Translations under genes and position numbers: made by a program
From: a bacterium
Lineage (GTDB): Bacteria > Patescibacteriota > Dojkabacteria > JAKAPS01 > JAJZLI01
Assembly (NCBI GenBank): GCA_021816845.1
Contig: JAKAWT010000002.1
Span: forward strand, 213,329-277,328
Reading direction: 5' to 3'
DNA: 64,000 nt
The notes under the pieces: generated by a model
Databases searched by the model: none
What the model was told of the DNA's origin: nothing
The model's input: only the letters and a program-made list of their open reading frames with translations
Part shown: positions 50,853-60,912 of the stretch, piece by piece
Layout: the number at the start of each line of letters is the position of its first letter
How positions within the stretch are numbered: position 1 is the first letter of the stretch

Positions 50853-51260
50853 TTACTTAATCTTCTTTAGTGTATCAATAACAAGTGACAGATTATCTTT
50901 TAATACTAGTTTATCCTCTTTAGATAAAGTAGCAATTTTATCCTTCATCTCACTTCGCATAAGTTTAGAGAATTCTTTCATCCTATCTTTACCAGTATCA
51001 GTTATAGAAACTATTTTTTCTCTTTTATTATCACCTTCTTCCTTATGTATAAAACCTTGATTTTCAAGTTTAAATAATGCTTCTGTTACTGAAGGAGGGG
51101 ATATATTCATTTTTCTTGATATATCAATTACTCTTATATGTTTATTTTCACTGATTATTTTTAAAAGTAACGCCGATGAGATAAAACTATTCCCATATAT
51201 GAAATGAGTTTTCATTTCCATTATAAGGTCAATTATTTTATCTTCAATAGTACTATCCAT
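50853..51260 (-). CDS. MarR-family transcriptional regulator
   Basis: Winged-helix core with ISPPSVTEALFKLENQGFI and the wing SITDTGKD; 135 aa; upstream of an MFS efflux pump. Confidence 0.7.
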   Translation of the reverse strand: MDSTIEDKIIDLIMEMKTHFIYGNSFISSALLLKIISENKHIRVIDISRKMNISPPSVTEALFKLENQGFIHKEEGDNKREKIVSITDTGKDRMKEFSKLMRSEMKDKIATLSKEDKLVLKDNLSLVIDTLKKIK

Positions 51261-52821
51261 TTCTATTATCAGTCCTTAGAGGTATCTCCTTTACAAGTAT
51301 AGCAAAAATTAGCGCTATTGCAACAACAACTGCTGCAAATAAAAGCAGATAACTGATTGATTGAGTTAGAGATAGGTATACTGCATGAGTTATTTCATGT
51401 ACATATTTTTCTAAATATTTTGGTACATGACTTGCTCCATTAATCGTAGTAGAAAATGATGTATTAGTACTTGAAAAAGAATGTTGTACAGCATCATACT
51501 GTCTGGAGAAAGCTAATGGTAGATTTTTTGGTTTATTATAAGATAATCTCGATATAAGTGAATTGTTCAAAATTGTTCCCATAGCAGCAAGTCCGACTGC
51601 ACTAGCAATATTCCTAAAAAACTGTAATGTTCCTGTAACTACACCAACTTCTTGTACAGGGAAGAAGTTTTGGGCTACAATAGTTAAAATTGGTAATAGC
51701 ACTCCAAGGCCGATACCCGTAATAAACATATGTACCATCATTAAAAGTATATTTGTTGTTGGGGTCAATGTTGATAAAAGGAAAAATCCTACACTGGTAA
51801 TTATTATAGATACTATAATTAAATATTTATATTTTCCATATTTAGTAAGCAGTAATCCACCTCCAATTGCAGTTGATATAAGACCCAATACTAAAGATGT
51901 GATGTATAACCCAGACATTGTTGGAGATGCACCTCTAACATACTGAAAATATATTGGTAGATAGACTATACCACCCAAAAAACCAAAAGATGTAAGAAAC
52001 GCAATCACATTAATATATATAAATGATTTATTTTTAAAAAGATGTAAAGGTAACAATGGGTATTTTGCCTTTGTTTGATATACTATAAATATAACAAGGA
52101 AGACAATAAAAGTTCCTATAAGAGAAAATTCCTGTATAGAATTCCAGGCAAACAGAGATCCTCCAAATATTAAAGCTGATATTAAAGCCACCGTAAATAT
52201 TGAGAATAGTGATATACCAATATAGTCCACAGTTTCTCCCTTATCATGTTTTATTACAGGATATTCTCTTAGAATTAATATAAATGCAAGTATACCTATA
52301 GGTACATTAATATAAAATATCCAGTGCCATGATAGTGAATCTGTAAGATAACCTCCTATTAGAGGACCTACAACTGCTGCGATACCAAAACTAGAAGATA
52401 TAATACCTTGCCATTTTCCACGCTCCCTAGGTGAGAATAAATCTCCTACAGAGGCAAAAGCTAAAGATGTTAGAGCTCCTCCACCAAACCCTTGTAACGC
52501 CCTAAAAATTATTAACTCTGTTATATTTTGTGATAAACCAGATAAAATTGACCCAAATACAAATATACCTATTCCCCATAGGTAAAATAACTTTCTTCCA
52601 TAAATATCTGACAGTCTACCCACAACCAATATTGCTATTGTAGATGTAAGTATGTACGCTGCGTATATCCAGCTTAAAAGGTTAAAACCTCCCAAATCTT
52701 TCAAAATTGTAGGTAGTGCTGTTGATACTATTGTCTGGTCTAAAGAAGACATAAACATAGATATCAAAATAGCTGCCATAAGAAATTTCAACCTTCCAGG
52801 TTTTATATGTTCATTTATCAT
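51253..52821 (-). CDS. MFS drug:H+ antiporter, DHA2 (14-TM EmrB-like) family
   Basis: 14 predicted TM helices, motif A GRLSDIYGRK after TM2; operon with MarR. Confidence 0.75.
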   Translation of the reverse strand: MINEHIKPGRLKFLMAAILISMFMSSLDQTIVSTALPTILKDLGGFNLLSWIYAAYILTSTIAILVVGRLSDIYGRKLFYLWGIGIFVFGSILSGLSQNITELIIFRALQGFGGGALTSLAFASVGDLFSPRERGKWQGIISSSFGIAAVVGPLIGGYLTDSLSWHWIFYINVPIGILAFILILREYPVIKHDKGETVDYIGISLFSIFTVALISALIFGGSLFAWNSIQEFSLIGTFIVFLVIFIVYQTKAKYPLLPLHLFKNKSFIYINVIAFLTSFGFLGGIVYLPIYFQYVRGASPTMSGLYITSLVLGLISTAIGGGLLLTKYGKYKYLIIVSIIITSVGFFLLSTLTPTTNILLMMVHMFITGIGLGVLLPILTIVAQNFFPVQEVGVVTGTLQFFRNIASAVGLAAMGTILNNSLISRLSYNKPKNLPLAFSRQYDAVQHSFSSTNTSFSTTINGASHVPKYLEKYVHEITHAVYLSLTQSISYLLLFAAVVVAIALIFAILVKEIPLRTDNRNG

Positions 52822-52912
52822 AATAGTAAGTGTCCAATTATGTACCTAATTATTAGGCAACCTATGTATAAGATTTAAGTATATCATAGATATCATTTAT
52901 GTCAAACATGTA

Positions 52913-53590
52913 CTACGAAACTATTCTTAGTATAGATTGATAAGCGTTATTAAGTTCTTTAAATTTCGTATCATCTTGATTCCTTGTAAAATCTGGATGA
53001 AGAACTCTAGCCTTCTCTCTAAATGCCTTTTTAATTTCATCAAGTGGTGCACCTTTTCTTACTCCAAGTATAGAATATGCTTCATCAAGTTCATCCTTAC
53101 TCTCTGTTTTCTGGGATTTTGTACTTTCCCTAGATTGTTTAAAAGAGTTATATAGATTAAATATAACTTCACTAGAAAATTTAAATCGTGATTTTAATAC
53201 TGCGGAAAATTCAAGCAATGTTTTTGACTTTACAAATACAGTGTATATGTATTCATAGTTATCTATAACAGTCTCCTCTATTTCTGCATTCTCATTAATA
53301 ATTCTACGTATTTTAAAGTAATATAGATTTAATTCTCTAAAAAAATCTATTCCTCCTATTAAAAGGGCAATTACAATAAATAAGAAGTCTCTAGTAAATA
53401 GAGTGACCCAAGCACCAACTGTAAGTATTAAAGAATTATTAAATAACCTTCCAAGGAGTGCACTTCTGTATTGCTCTGCTTTAAGTTTTGAATTTTTTTT
53501 TGGTGATAGATATAATATTAGAGATATAAATGTTGTAACAAAAACCAAAATCAAATAAACAAAAAATGTATCAAGTCCGTTTATATTCAT
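52913..53590 (-). CDS. membrane-anchored J-domain protein (DjlA-like)
   Basis: N-terminal TM helices and a C-terminal J domain DEAYSILGVRKGAPLDEIKKAFREKARVLHPD (HPD). Confidence 0.6.
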   Translation of the reverse strand: MNINGLDTFFVYLILVFVTTFISLILYLSPKKNSKLKAEQYRSALLGRLFNNSLILTVGAWVTLFTRDFLFIVIALLIGGIDFFRELNLYYFKIRRIINENAEIEETVIDNYEYIYTVFVKSKTLLEFSAVLKSRFKFSSEVIFNLYNSFKQSRESTKSQKTESKDELDEAYSILGVRKGAPLDEIKKAFREKARVLHPDFTRNQDDTKFKELNNAYQSILRIVS

Positions 53591-53606
53591 ATTATAATTT
53601 CAAATT

Positions 53607-53680
53607 TGACCTCGGCGGGATTCGAACCCGCGATTTCCAGGATGAAAACCTGATGTCCTAGACCACTAGACGACGAGGCC
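53607..53680 (-). tRNA. tRNA-Glu(TTC)
   Basis: Acceptor GGCCTCG/CGAGGTC, D-arm GTCTAGTGGTCTAGGAC, anticodon stem TCAGG/CCTGG with loop TTTTCAT. Confidence 0.75.
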
Positions 53681-53798
53681 AAAAACAATAAAAATATACC
53701 AGAAATAAGGGTTTTTTGCAAATACAATGTTCAGTAATTTGAGTTTTGGAAATTTTTAGTATACAATGAGCTAGGGATGTGCCCAACCTATGCAGCCT

Positions 53799-53843
53799 TG
53801 GATCCGGATCCTTGAATCCAGATTATTAGATCTAGATCTTTGG
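53799..53843. repeat. GGATC-palindrome tandem repeat (GGATCCGGATCC tt GAATCCAGATTATTAGATCTAGATCTTTGG)
   Basis: Intergenic, between tRNA-Glu and the AI-2E transporter gene. Confidence 0.6.
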
Positions 53844-53862
53844 AGTTGTATATCATTAATAA

Positions 53863-54909
53863 ATGAAAAGTCAAACAATTGAGATTTCTACAAAGACAAT
53901 ATTCATAGTTATAGCTACACTAGTAGGAATATATTTCTTTTTGAAAATAGCATTTGTTTTTGTCCTCATATTCCTTTCTTTCATTTTAATGTCAGCAATT
54001 GACCCATTAGTGGTATGGTTTGAAAAAAGAAAACTGCCAAGAGGAATATCAGTAATATTTAGTATGCTTATTATAATAATTGTAGTGGGCTTCTTCTTTT
54101 ATATAACAATATCTCCTATAACAAATCAGATAGATCAAATTGTAGCAGCTTTTTCAACTATTCCACAAAAACTAGCCCATATATTCCCATTCATAAAATC
54201 TAATTCCACAGTAAAAATTGGAGGTTTTAATTTATATAAATATATATTTAATAACTTCCATAACTTTGTAGTATCAGGAGCTGTTAATGTATCACAGACA
54301 ACTATAAATGTAATTACTTTTATAGCATATATAGTATTTATACTTGTGATGTCTATATACATGCTTATTTATAAGGAACATTTTTATTCAACTACATTAA
54401 ATTTCATACCAAAACAAGAAAGACAAAGGATAGATCATATGTTAAGAAGAATAGAGATACAACTAGGAAGATGGTTGAGAGGACAATTACTAATAAGTTT
54501 GTTTGTAGGAATTTTATTCTGGATTTATCTTACAATCCTAGGCATCCCTTATGCTATACCTCTTAGTCTATTTGCAGCATTTTGTGAGGCTATACCTTTC
54601 GTAGGACCAATAGTATCTGGAGTTGTAGCTTCATTAGTAGTATTTTTCATTTTCCCTAATTTGTTTTTATTATCTGTTATTGCCGTAATAATAATACAGC
54701 AATTGGAAGCAAATCTAATAGCACCAAAAATCATGGAGAGAGTTATAGGAATAAATCCTTTAATTGTAGTTATAGGAATATTTATAGGTACAGAAATCGG
54801 AGGCCTTCTTGGGGCACTAATTGTACTACCTATAATTACAGTAATTCAACTTTTAATTTATGATATATGGGGAGAAGGAAAAGATGATAGTCTATCTAAA
54901 AACAATTAA
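53863..54909 (+). CDS. AI-2E family transporter (PerM/UPF0118)
   Basis: 8 TM helices, conserved C-terminal LIAPKIMERVIGINPLIVVIGIF... region. Confidence 0.7.
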   Translation: MKSQTIEISTKTIFIVIATLVGIYFFLKIAFVFVLIFLSFILMSAIDPLVVWFEKRKLPRGISVIFSMLIIIIVVGFFFYITISPITNQIDQIVAAFSTIPQKLAHIFPFIKSNSTVKIGGFNLYKYIFNNFHNFVVSGAVNVSQTTINVITFIAYIVFILVMSIYMLIYKEHFYSTTLNFIPKQERQRIDHMLRRIEIQLGRWLRGQLLISLFVGILFWIYLTILGIPYAIPLSLFAAFCEAIPFVGPIVSGVVASLVVFFIFPNLFLLSVIAVIIIQQLEANLIAPKIMERVIGINPLIVVIGIFIGTEIGGLLGALIVLPIITVIQLLIYDIWGEGKDDSLSKNN

Positions 54910-55714
54910 TGGTATTAAAGTTCAATGTACTGATACAGAAAATAAACTTCTGCAGTTGAATAATGATATCTCTATACACAAAATACTAGATAGAAATCTA
55001 GAGGAGATGAAACACGTTATATTAAACAACCAACTCCTATACCCAAAACTATTTTATACTGAATATTTCCATATCTTAAAAAATGACCATAAAGATCTTT
55101 TTAAAGAACATGGATTAAGACATGATATAACAATAATGTCCGGAAACCTAGCAGGAATAGAATTTATGAAAACATATGGGCATTACCATGACCTTTTGAA
55201 TAGTAAAAGAAATACCGCACCTGAAGTCATAGAAATTTTATATGGACAAGCATTAATACTTCTACAAAAACCTAAAATGGTGAGCTCTAAATATGCTTTA
55301 GGACAATCTTTGGAAAGCATGTGTGATTTCTCTCATATAGAAGAATTTACATATTTTAAACTTAACAAAGGTGATGTGTTTGTAATACCGCCTGGATATG
55401 GCCATATTCTAATAAACCAGAAACCTGGGGCATTAATATTTTCAAGTTTAATTTCATCAAGAGCTAAAAGTCTATATAAAAGTATTTTTGATTTTAGGGG
55501 GGGAGCATATTATATAATTAAAAAGAATGCAAAACAGGTATTTGTACAAAATCCTAATTATAAAAATGTACCTAAAGTAAAGAAACAAAGGAAATGGGCA
55601 TATAGCAATCTTGTAGATAAAAAAGATCCTATATATCTATCATTTGTTAATGATCCTAAAAGATATCATTGGTTAAACGATCCAGATAGCATAAATTGGG
55701 AAAATTTTGCATAA
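54860..55714 (+). CDS. cupin-type protein, candidate cupin glucose-6-phosphate isomerase
   Basis: TYGHYHDL...EVIEILYGQALIL...VIPPGYGHILIN matches the TxGHxH...E.Y...P..H metal-site spacing of archaeal-type cupin PGI; overlaps the upstream gene by 50 nt (alternative start Met at 54884). Confidence 0.4.
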   Translation: MIYGEKEKMIVYLKTINGIKVQCTDTENKLLQLNNDISIHKILDRNLEEMKHVILNNQLLYPKLFYTEYFHILKNDHKDLFKEHGLRHDITIMSGNLAGIEFMKTYGHYHDLLNSKRNTAPEVIEILYGQALILLQKPKMVSSKYALGQSLESMCDFSHIEEFTYFKLNKGDVFVIPPGYGHILINQKPGALIFSSLISSRAKSLYKSIFDFRGGAYYIIKKNAKQVFVQNPNYKNVPKVKKQRKWAYSNLVDKKDPIYLSFVNDPKRYHWLNDPDSINWENFA

Positions 55715-55757
55715 TAACAAGAGTTATGATGTTCACATTGGAGTATATGAATCGTAA

Positions 55758-55840
55758 TGCCTGGAAAAGGACTCGAACCTTCACACTTTTTCAAGTACTA
55801 GCTCCTAAGGCTAGCGTGTCTACCATTCCACCATCCAGGC
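55758..55840 (-). tRNA. tRNA-Leu(TAG)
   Basis: Acceptor GCCTGGA/TCCAGGC, long variable arm, anticodon stem CTAGC/GCTAG with loop CTTAGGA. Confidence 0.75.
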
Positions 55841-55880
55841 TCATAACAAAGTACCTAGAAATTATACCACATAAAATCAT

Positions 55881-56645
55881 TTATAGTTGATTAATATAGC
55901 TTTGAACATTCGGAGCCCATGACGGATTAGGAGGGTCATATACAGGTTGCATTTGATATGGACTTTCATTTTGATATGAGCTACCTATTCCTGCGGCAAT
56001 ACTATTAATAGCATTTGGCCACGATCCAAATCCAGAGAATCCACTAAATTCACTTCCTCCCCCTGTCCATCCCCAACCATTATAGGATAATGCTCCACTT
56101 GTACTCTCTGGAATAACTCTTCCAAATCCAGATTCCACACCTGATATTGCAACGAGTAGTTTCCAACTAACACCGTATTTTGCACCAGCAGATATAAAGT
56201 CTCCTGCATAGGGAGCCATAGGAGAACCATGTGATATTAGGAAATTATATAAAATTTGGATATTTGCATTAGATGTAGTTGTTATGGAGGATGATATTTC
56301 ATTATTCTTACTTGGTATAACAGCTGCAAGCATCCTTGCATGTTCAATATTAGGGTTTATGATATTAACTCCAGCTAGCTTATCAAGATTTGATAAACTT
56401 TTATTTCTTATTGAATAAACATTAGCAGCCATAACTTGTTTGGACAAAAATACTTTACCTTCTATATTTGCAAATATATTTAGTGGACTTTTAAATATAA
56501 AAAGCGAGGAAATGACAAACAGTGATATAACTAGATATATATATATACGTAACCTCTTTTTGACTATTTTGTCTATCTTTTTTATATAATGCGAATCCTC
56601 GAGGCTAGTATTTTTTGACAAACTATCATTGTTTAGGAAATTCAT
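55881..56645 (-). CDS. membrane-anchored putative peptidoglycan hydrolase (glucosaminidase/lytic transglycosylase-like)
   Basis: N-terminal TM; C-terminal KLLVAISGVESGFGR motif resembling ES-containing muramidase/glucosaminidase active-site regions. Confidence 0.4.
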   Translation of the reverse strand: MNFLNNDSLSKNTSLEDSHYIKKIDKIVKKRLRIYIYLVISLFVISSLFIFKSPLNIFANIEGKVFLSKQVMAANVYSIRNKSLSNLDKLAGVNIINPNIEHARMLAAVIPSKNNEISSSITTTSNANIQILYNFLISHGSPMAPYAGDFISAGAKYGVSWKLLVAISGVESGFGRVIPESTSGALSYNGWGWTGGGSEFSGFSGFGSWPNAINSIAAGIGSSYQNESPYQMQPVYDPPNPSWAPNVQSYINQL

Positions 56646-56725
56646 ATATATATACTAGAGAGTTTTACAACAAAAGTCAATATATTAGCATTTAAATAGG
56701 AATTTTTTTAGATGAGGAATCAAAA

Positions 56726-56798
56726 AGCAGAAGACGGGGCTCGAACCCGCGACAACTAGTTTGGAAAACTAGTACTCTACCAACTGAGTTACTTCTGC
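56726..56798 (-). tRNA. tRNA-Gly(TCC)
   Basis: Acceptor GCAGAAG/CTTCTGC, anticodon stem CTAGT/ACTAG with loop TTTCCAA, T-loop GGGTTCGAGCCCC. Confidence 0.8.
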
Positions 56799-56872
56799 AT
56801 AAAAACCATTATTCAAGCAATTATACTATATATTTACCCCCTGTATCTAGATTATCCTAGATTTAAAGATCC

Positions 56873-57439
56873 CTACTTACAATTTTGGAATTGGTTATAT
56901 AAAACGAGAGATTTTAAGAGACTATCTAAAACTTGTATTTTTTGTGTACTAGAATAATTTAGAACTAAAGAAAAGCCTGGGTTATAAAAGGATAATATAT
57001 TTTTACTAGATACTAGATATCCTGTGTATAAACCTTCAGTTTCTTTCGTTATAGATCCTCCAGAGCTAGCTCCAGAACTAGATACTTTACCAGTATATGG
57101 TGTCATACTCTGGCATTTACTATATACTGTTATTGTTTCGCTGTTAGTAACACTCTTAAATGTTGCAGATTCAGAATTAGGAGTCTCACTAGCACTAGTC
57201 ATAGTCCATCCTTGTATATAATTTATATCAAAAGAAGGAGTACCATTATATGTTCCTTTAAATAAAGAATATGTTATTGGTGGAGTAACAAGTTTGGGTG
57301 TCGGTGCAACATTGGAAACATAAGAATTAGAGCTTTGTGTACTTATTTTTTGTAATTCTTCAGCATATTTTGTAGTTATGTATAAAACAACTATTATAAG
57401 AAGAGCAAAAATCACAATAAATAATGTTTTTGTTTTCAT
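56873..57439 (-). CDS. secreted hypothetical protein
   Basis: N-terminal signal/TM, Ser/Thr-rich mature part, 188 aa. Confidence 0.4.
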   Translation of the reverse strand: MKTKTLFIVIFALLIIVVLYITTKYAEELQKISTQSSNSYVSNVAPTPKLVTPPITYSLFKGTYNGTPSFDINYIQGWTMTSASETPNSESATFKSVTNSETITVYSKCQSMTPYTGKVSSSGASSGGSITKETEGLYTGYLVSSKNILSFYNPGFSLVLNYSSTQKIQVLDSLLKSLVLYNQFQNCK

Positions 57440-57473
57440 ATATATATGATATATCTTTTTTAAAATTTCATCA

Positions 57474-57527
57474 AGGATTAAAATCCAAAGATCTTGATCC
57501 GGGGATCTTGATCCGGGGATCTAGGTA
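57474..57527. repeat. GGATC-palindrome tandem repeat (GGATTAAAATCC aaa GATCTTGATCC ggg GATCTTGATCC ggg GATCTAGG)
   Basis: 14-bp period, intergenic between the secreted-protein gene and the surface-protein gene. Confidence 0.65.
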
Positions 57528-57552
57528 GAAAACAACTTATATAATAATTCAA

Positions 57553-57585
57553 AAAAAGGAGGCGAACCTCCTTTTTCTTTATTAA
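57553..57585 (-). terminator. bidirectional rho-independent terminator (AAAAAGGAGG-cgaa-CCTCCTTTTT)
   Basis: GC-rich 5-bp stem flanked by an A-run and a T-run, immediately 3' of the 858-aa surface protein gene. Confidence 0.6.
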
Positions 57586-57593
57586 TAATGTAA

Positions 57594-60170
57594 TTAGAGC
57601 ATCATCAATCCAACTCCTATTGCTATTATCAATCCTCCTACTGCAGCAAACATTTCTATTGGTGATGTTCCTGCTGTTTGTGGAAGTTGCTGTACTGTTG
57701 GAGTTACAACTGCTGGAACACAATCTCCTGATACTGATGATGTTGTCATCACATTTGTCTTTGCTCCTCCAGCATTTACTAACCATCCAGATACTTGGTA
57801 ACTATCTTTACCATTAGATCCTTGCCATATATATGCACCTAGGTTAGCATCTGTATTTGGTATTGTTGCTACCTCTGTTCCTGTTGTAGTATCTAATATT
57901 ATTCCTGTAAACATCTCTCCACTTGGTACATTAGTTGCTTTCCAATTTATCAACAAATCATTTGTAGTATTGTTCTGACATGCTAATGATATAGATGTCA
58001 TTGCCGGACTTACAGGTGCCTGACATGATGTTACATTCTCACTTGATGATGTAACAACGCTACTTTTACCATTAGTACCCTCTATGTACCCGGATACTGT
58101 GTAGTTATCAGTTGTGTTTGCTCCTGTCCATGTGTAAGTACCTAATGATGCTGGTACATTAAAGGTTGCTACTTGTGTATTTGTTGTTGTATCTTCTATT
58201 GTCCCATAAAATGTATCACCACTTACTAAGCTTGAAGCTGTATCTTGCCATTGTATAGCCATATTAACTGATGATTGTACACATGCTAGTGACACAGATA
58301 TAATTACTGGAGGATGTTGTACACAGTTATAAAAACTTACAGCACTCGATGTAGCAGTATTTCCACCCTGTACACTCATTGTTGCAGAATAGTTATCATT
58401 GCTATTTTCTAATGACTGTACAAATGAATTGTATACTCCTGTAGATGTATTTTGTGTTGGTATTGACAATGCCTCTGTACCTGTAGTCATGTTCGTAATA
58501 TATCCTGTTATCGCATCTTGTGAGACGTAGTTTGTTGTACTCCATGATACTCCTTGACAATTTAGTGAAACTGTTATTACAGGTGGTTGTGTATGTGTCA
58601 CACAGTTATAAAAATTAAATTCACTTGATGTGGAACTATTGCCTCCTGCAACTGACATAGTTACAGTATAATTATCATGACTATTAGTTAGAGCTGATAC
58701 AAATGAATTCACTGTTCCTGTAGATACATTCTCTGTTGGAATTGTAGCTACTTTCTGATTTGTTGTTGTATCTTCTACATATCCTGTTATTGCATCTTGT
58801 GAGACGTAGTTTGTTGTTGTCCATGATGCCCCCTGACAATCCAGAGTCACAGCTATTGTTGGAGCTTTTGTATGTGTTACACAGTTATAGAAATTAAATG
58901 ATCCAGATGTTGCACTATTTCCATTCTGTACTGACATCATAACTTCATAATTATCACTACTATTTGTCAGAGATGATACAAATGAGTTGACTGTACCAGA
59001 TGCTGAAGTTTCTGTTGGGAATGTATAAACATTCTGACCTGTAGTCATATCCTCTACATATCCTGTTATTGCATCTGTGGATACGTAGTTTGTTGTACTC
59101 CATGTTGCCCCCTCACAATTTAGTGTTACTGATATTGTAGGTGGTTGTGTATGTGTCACACAGTTATAAAAATTAAACTGTGGAGAATAGTTGCTTCCAA
59201 TAGGACCACTAGGTGAATATATATTCATTAAAAAGTCATATGTGTCATTTGTTTGTGTAGCTCCAGATACGAATGAATTTACTGTACCAGATGCTGTAGC
59301 TTGTGTAGGAACTGTTAATATAGTTTTACCAGTTGTCACATCAGTAACATAACCTGCAACTGTGTCTCCAGATTGAAAATTAGTTGTTGTCCATGATGCT
59401 CCTTGACAATTCAGCGAAACTTTTATTGTAGGTGTAACTGGTGCTGGAGGTGTTACTGTTATAGTCTCCGTTACTAGCTCACCATTCTGTACCTGAACTG
59501 TTACATTATTACCGCTTACAGACCACCCAGATGGTAATCCAGATAAGGCATAACTTACAGGTGAAAAATTACAATCAATTATCTCATAATATTTAATATC
59601 ACTTTCACTAACAGTTCCAGATGAAACATTATTAGTTCTTGTAATATTACCGTGTAGTGAGCTACATAAACCAAATCCAGTTGATGGACATGAAAATACT
59701 GTCCCACTACCCTGGGTTTGACCTACACTTACTGTTGGCATAACTTGATATGTTGTTGGTGGTGTATCATTGTGGTTCTTGTAATAACCCATTATGTCTG
59801 CAGGTCCTATGTATGAACCAGGATTAATCTGTGGAGATTGTACTAATGGATCTTGTAATGCACCATTATAACCAGAATCCCATACAAACCCATTATCATA
59901 ACCATCTGTACATTGAGCTGTATGCATAGATAGATTCAAATTTGGTAACGCTACTTGCGAGCTAGATGTCTTAATATCAATTTGTATTGATGCATTGTGT
60001 GTAGCAGAATATGTAGTCAAATTACTTGGTAATTGACAATTAGGTGCAGCACTAACTACTACTGGCTTACCTAAATTACCCATAGCTAAAAATGCTATAA
60101 AAGATATATTTAACAGTATAAATACAGATATAACTAAATGTATTTTCTTGAAATGTAACTTATTAAACAT
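57594..60170 (-). CDS. LPxTG-type sortase-anchored surface protein with about 5 tandem Ig-like repeats of roughly 97 aa
   Basis: Signal peptide; repeats NFYNCVTHTQPP.I.V.L.C.G.SW.TTNYVS.DAITGY......; C-terminal LPQTAG plus hydrophobic helix plus short tail = sorting signal. Confidence 0.7.
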   Translation of the reverse strand: MFNKLHFKKIHLVISVFILLNISFIAFLAMGNLGKPVVVSAAPNCQLPSNLTTYSATHNASIQIDIKTSSSQVALPNLNLSMHTAQCTDGYDNGFVWDSGYNGALQDPLVQSPQINPGSYIGPADIMGYYKNHNDTPPTTYQVMPTVSVGQTQGSGTVFSCPSTGFGLCSSLHGNITRTNNVSSGTVSESDIKYYEIIDCNFSPVSYALSGLPSGWSVSGNNVTVQVQNGELVTETITVTPPAPVTPTIKVSLNCQGASWTTTNFQSGDTVAGYVTDVTTGKTILTVPTQATASGTVNSFVSGATQTNDTYDFLMNIYSPSGPIGSNYSPQFNFYNCVTHTQPPTISVTLNCEGATWSTTNYVSTDAITGYVEDMTTGQNVYTFPTETSASGTVNSFVSSLTNSSDNYEVMMSVQNGNSATSGSFNFYNCVTHTKAPTIAVTLDCQGASWTTTNYVSQDAITGYVEDTTTNQKVATIPTENVSTGTVNSFVSALTNSHDNYTVTMSVAGGNSSTSSEFNFYNCVTHTQPPVITVSLNCQGVSWSTTNYVSQDAITGYITNMTTGTEALSIPTQNTSTGVYNSFVQSLENSNDNYSATMSVQGGNTATSSAVSFYNCVQHPPVIISVSLACVQSSVNMAIQWQDTASSLVSGDTFYGTIEDTTTNTQVATFNVPASLGTYTWTGANTTDNYTVSGYIEGTNGKSSVVTSSSENVTSCQAPVSPAMTSISLACQNNTTNDLLINWKATNVPSGEMFTGIILDTTTGTEVATIPNTDANLGAYIWQGSNGKDSYQVSGWLVNAGGAKTNVMTTSSVSGDCVPAVVTPTVQQLPQTAGTSPIEMFAAVGGLIIAIGVGLMML
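58000..59500 (-). repeat. about 290-bp tandem DNA repeats inside the surface-protein gene
   Basis: Near-identical blocks, e.g. ggtggttgtgtatgtgtcacacagttataaaaattaaa around 58575, 58870 and 59140. Confidence 0.7.
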
Positions 60171-60279
60171 TTGCCTTATTACCAGAATAAATTAATTATT
60201 GAGAGCATATCACAACATATATAAAATGTCAACCTATAATATTATTACATATATTAAATAATTGAAATCATGATGGTGT

Positions 60280-60870
60280 GTGCATATAATGAAAGATATG
60301 AAGTTTATTATAAATTTTAAGTCAAGAACAAATCTAGTTGCAAATGATGGAGAAAGATTTCTTGCTAAATTAACTTTAAAAAACCCTAAATTGGACTTTA
60401 TAATAGCACCAAACATAATTGATATAAGCAATTTTAAGAGTAAATTTAACTATCCTATAATTTCTCAGCACGTAGATAAGATTGAAACTTTCAGAGCATC
60501 AGGATATGTTTCTCCCAAAGCTCTATCTAAAATTGGAGTCATAGGTGCTATCATAAATTCCCCTTATCACAGACTAGGATATAATAGCATTTGTGACATA
60601 ATAAAAGAGAATAAAAAATACGGTTTATTAACCTTTCTTTATGTATATAATCAAGATGAATACATTCATTCTCTTGTCTTTGATAGTGAATATATAGTAA
60701 TTAAAACAGACAGTTTAGATGATATTTTAAAATTTAAAGGTATTAAACAGAATATTTTCATAGATTACAAAATTAAAGACAAACAGGATATAATATCTAT
60801 TAGAAATTTCAAACCTGCTGGTATCATTATTGAACCAGAAGATTATTTAATCTGGACCCAAAATGTCTAG
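60280..60870 (+). CDS. triosephosphate isomerase-like protein, C-terminally truncated
   Basis: INFKSR (NWK-like), SQHVD...SGYVSPKAL (AQN...TGE.S), GAIINSPYHR (GHSERR-like), IIIEPEDYLIW (catalytic EP(V)WAIGTG position); the ORF stops about 15 aa after the EP motif. Confidence 0.45.
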   Translation: MHIMKDMKFIINFKSRTNLVANDGERFLAKLTLKNPKLDFIIAPNIIDISNFKSKFNYPIISQHVDKIETFRASGYVSPKALSKIGVIGAIINSPYHRLGYNSICDIIKENKKYGLLTFLYVYNQDEYIHSLVFDSEYIVIKTDSLDDILKFKGIKQNIFIDYKIKDKQDIISIRNFKPAGIIIEPEDYLIWTQNV

Positions 60871-60912
60871 CCCAAAAGAATCTACATTCAAAGTGTCTAG
60901 ACAAAAGAAATT

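Noticed and set aside
1974-54734. Short antisense or overlapping ORFs embedded in well-supported genes (1974..2306, 3547..3855, 8093..8344, 10859..11044, 14525..14818, 16259..16453, 17546..17785, 21203..21475, 22168..22368, 24445..24849, 25053..25235, 25516..25734, 26980..27198, 29456..29689, 30115..30333, 32016..32225, 32990..33202, 33770..33967, 34148..34360, 35983..36305, 36844..37053, 38013..38228, 40911..41171, 42026..42385, 43063..43449, 46632..46835, 47693..47875, 48451..48663, 51563..51946, 52652..53155, 54135..54362, 54549..54734)
   Set aside because: All lie inside larger ORFs that carry recognisable family motifs; they have low-complexity or stop-poor AT-rich composition and no motifs of their own.
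57478-57817. ORFs 57478..57786 and 57620..57817
   Set aside because: They overlap the 3' end of the surface-protein gene and the GGATC-repeat/terminator region; low-complexity translation, no support.
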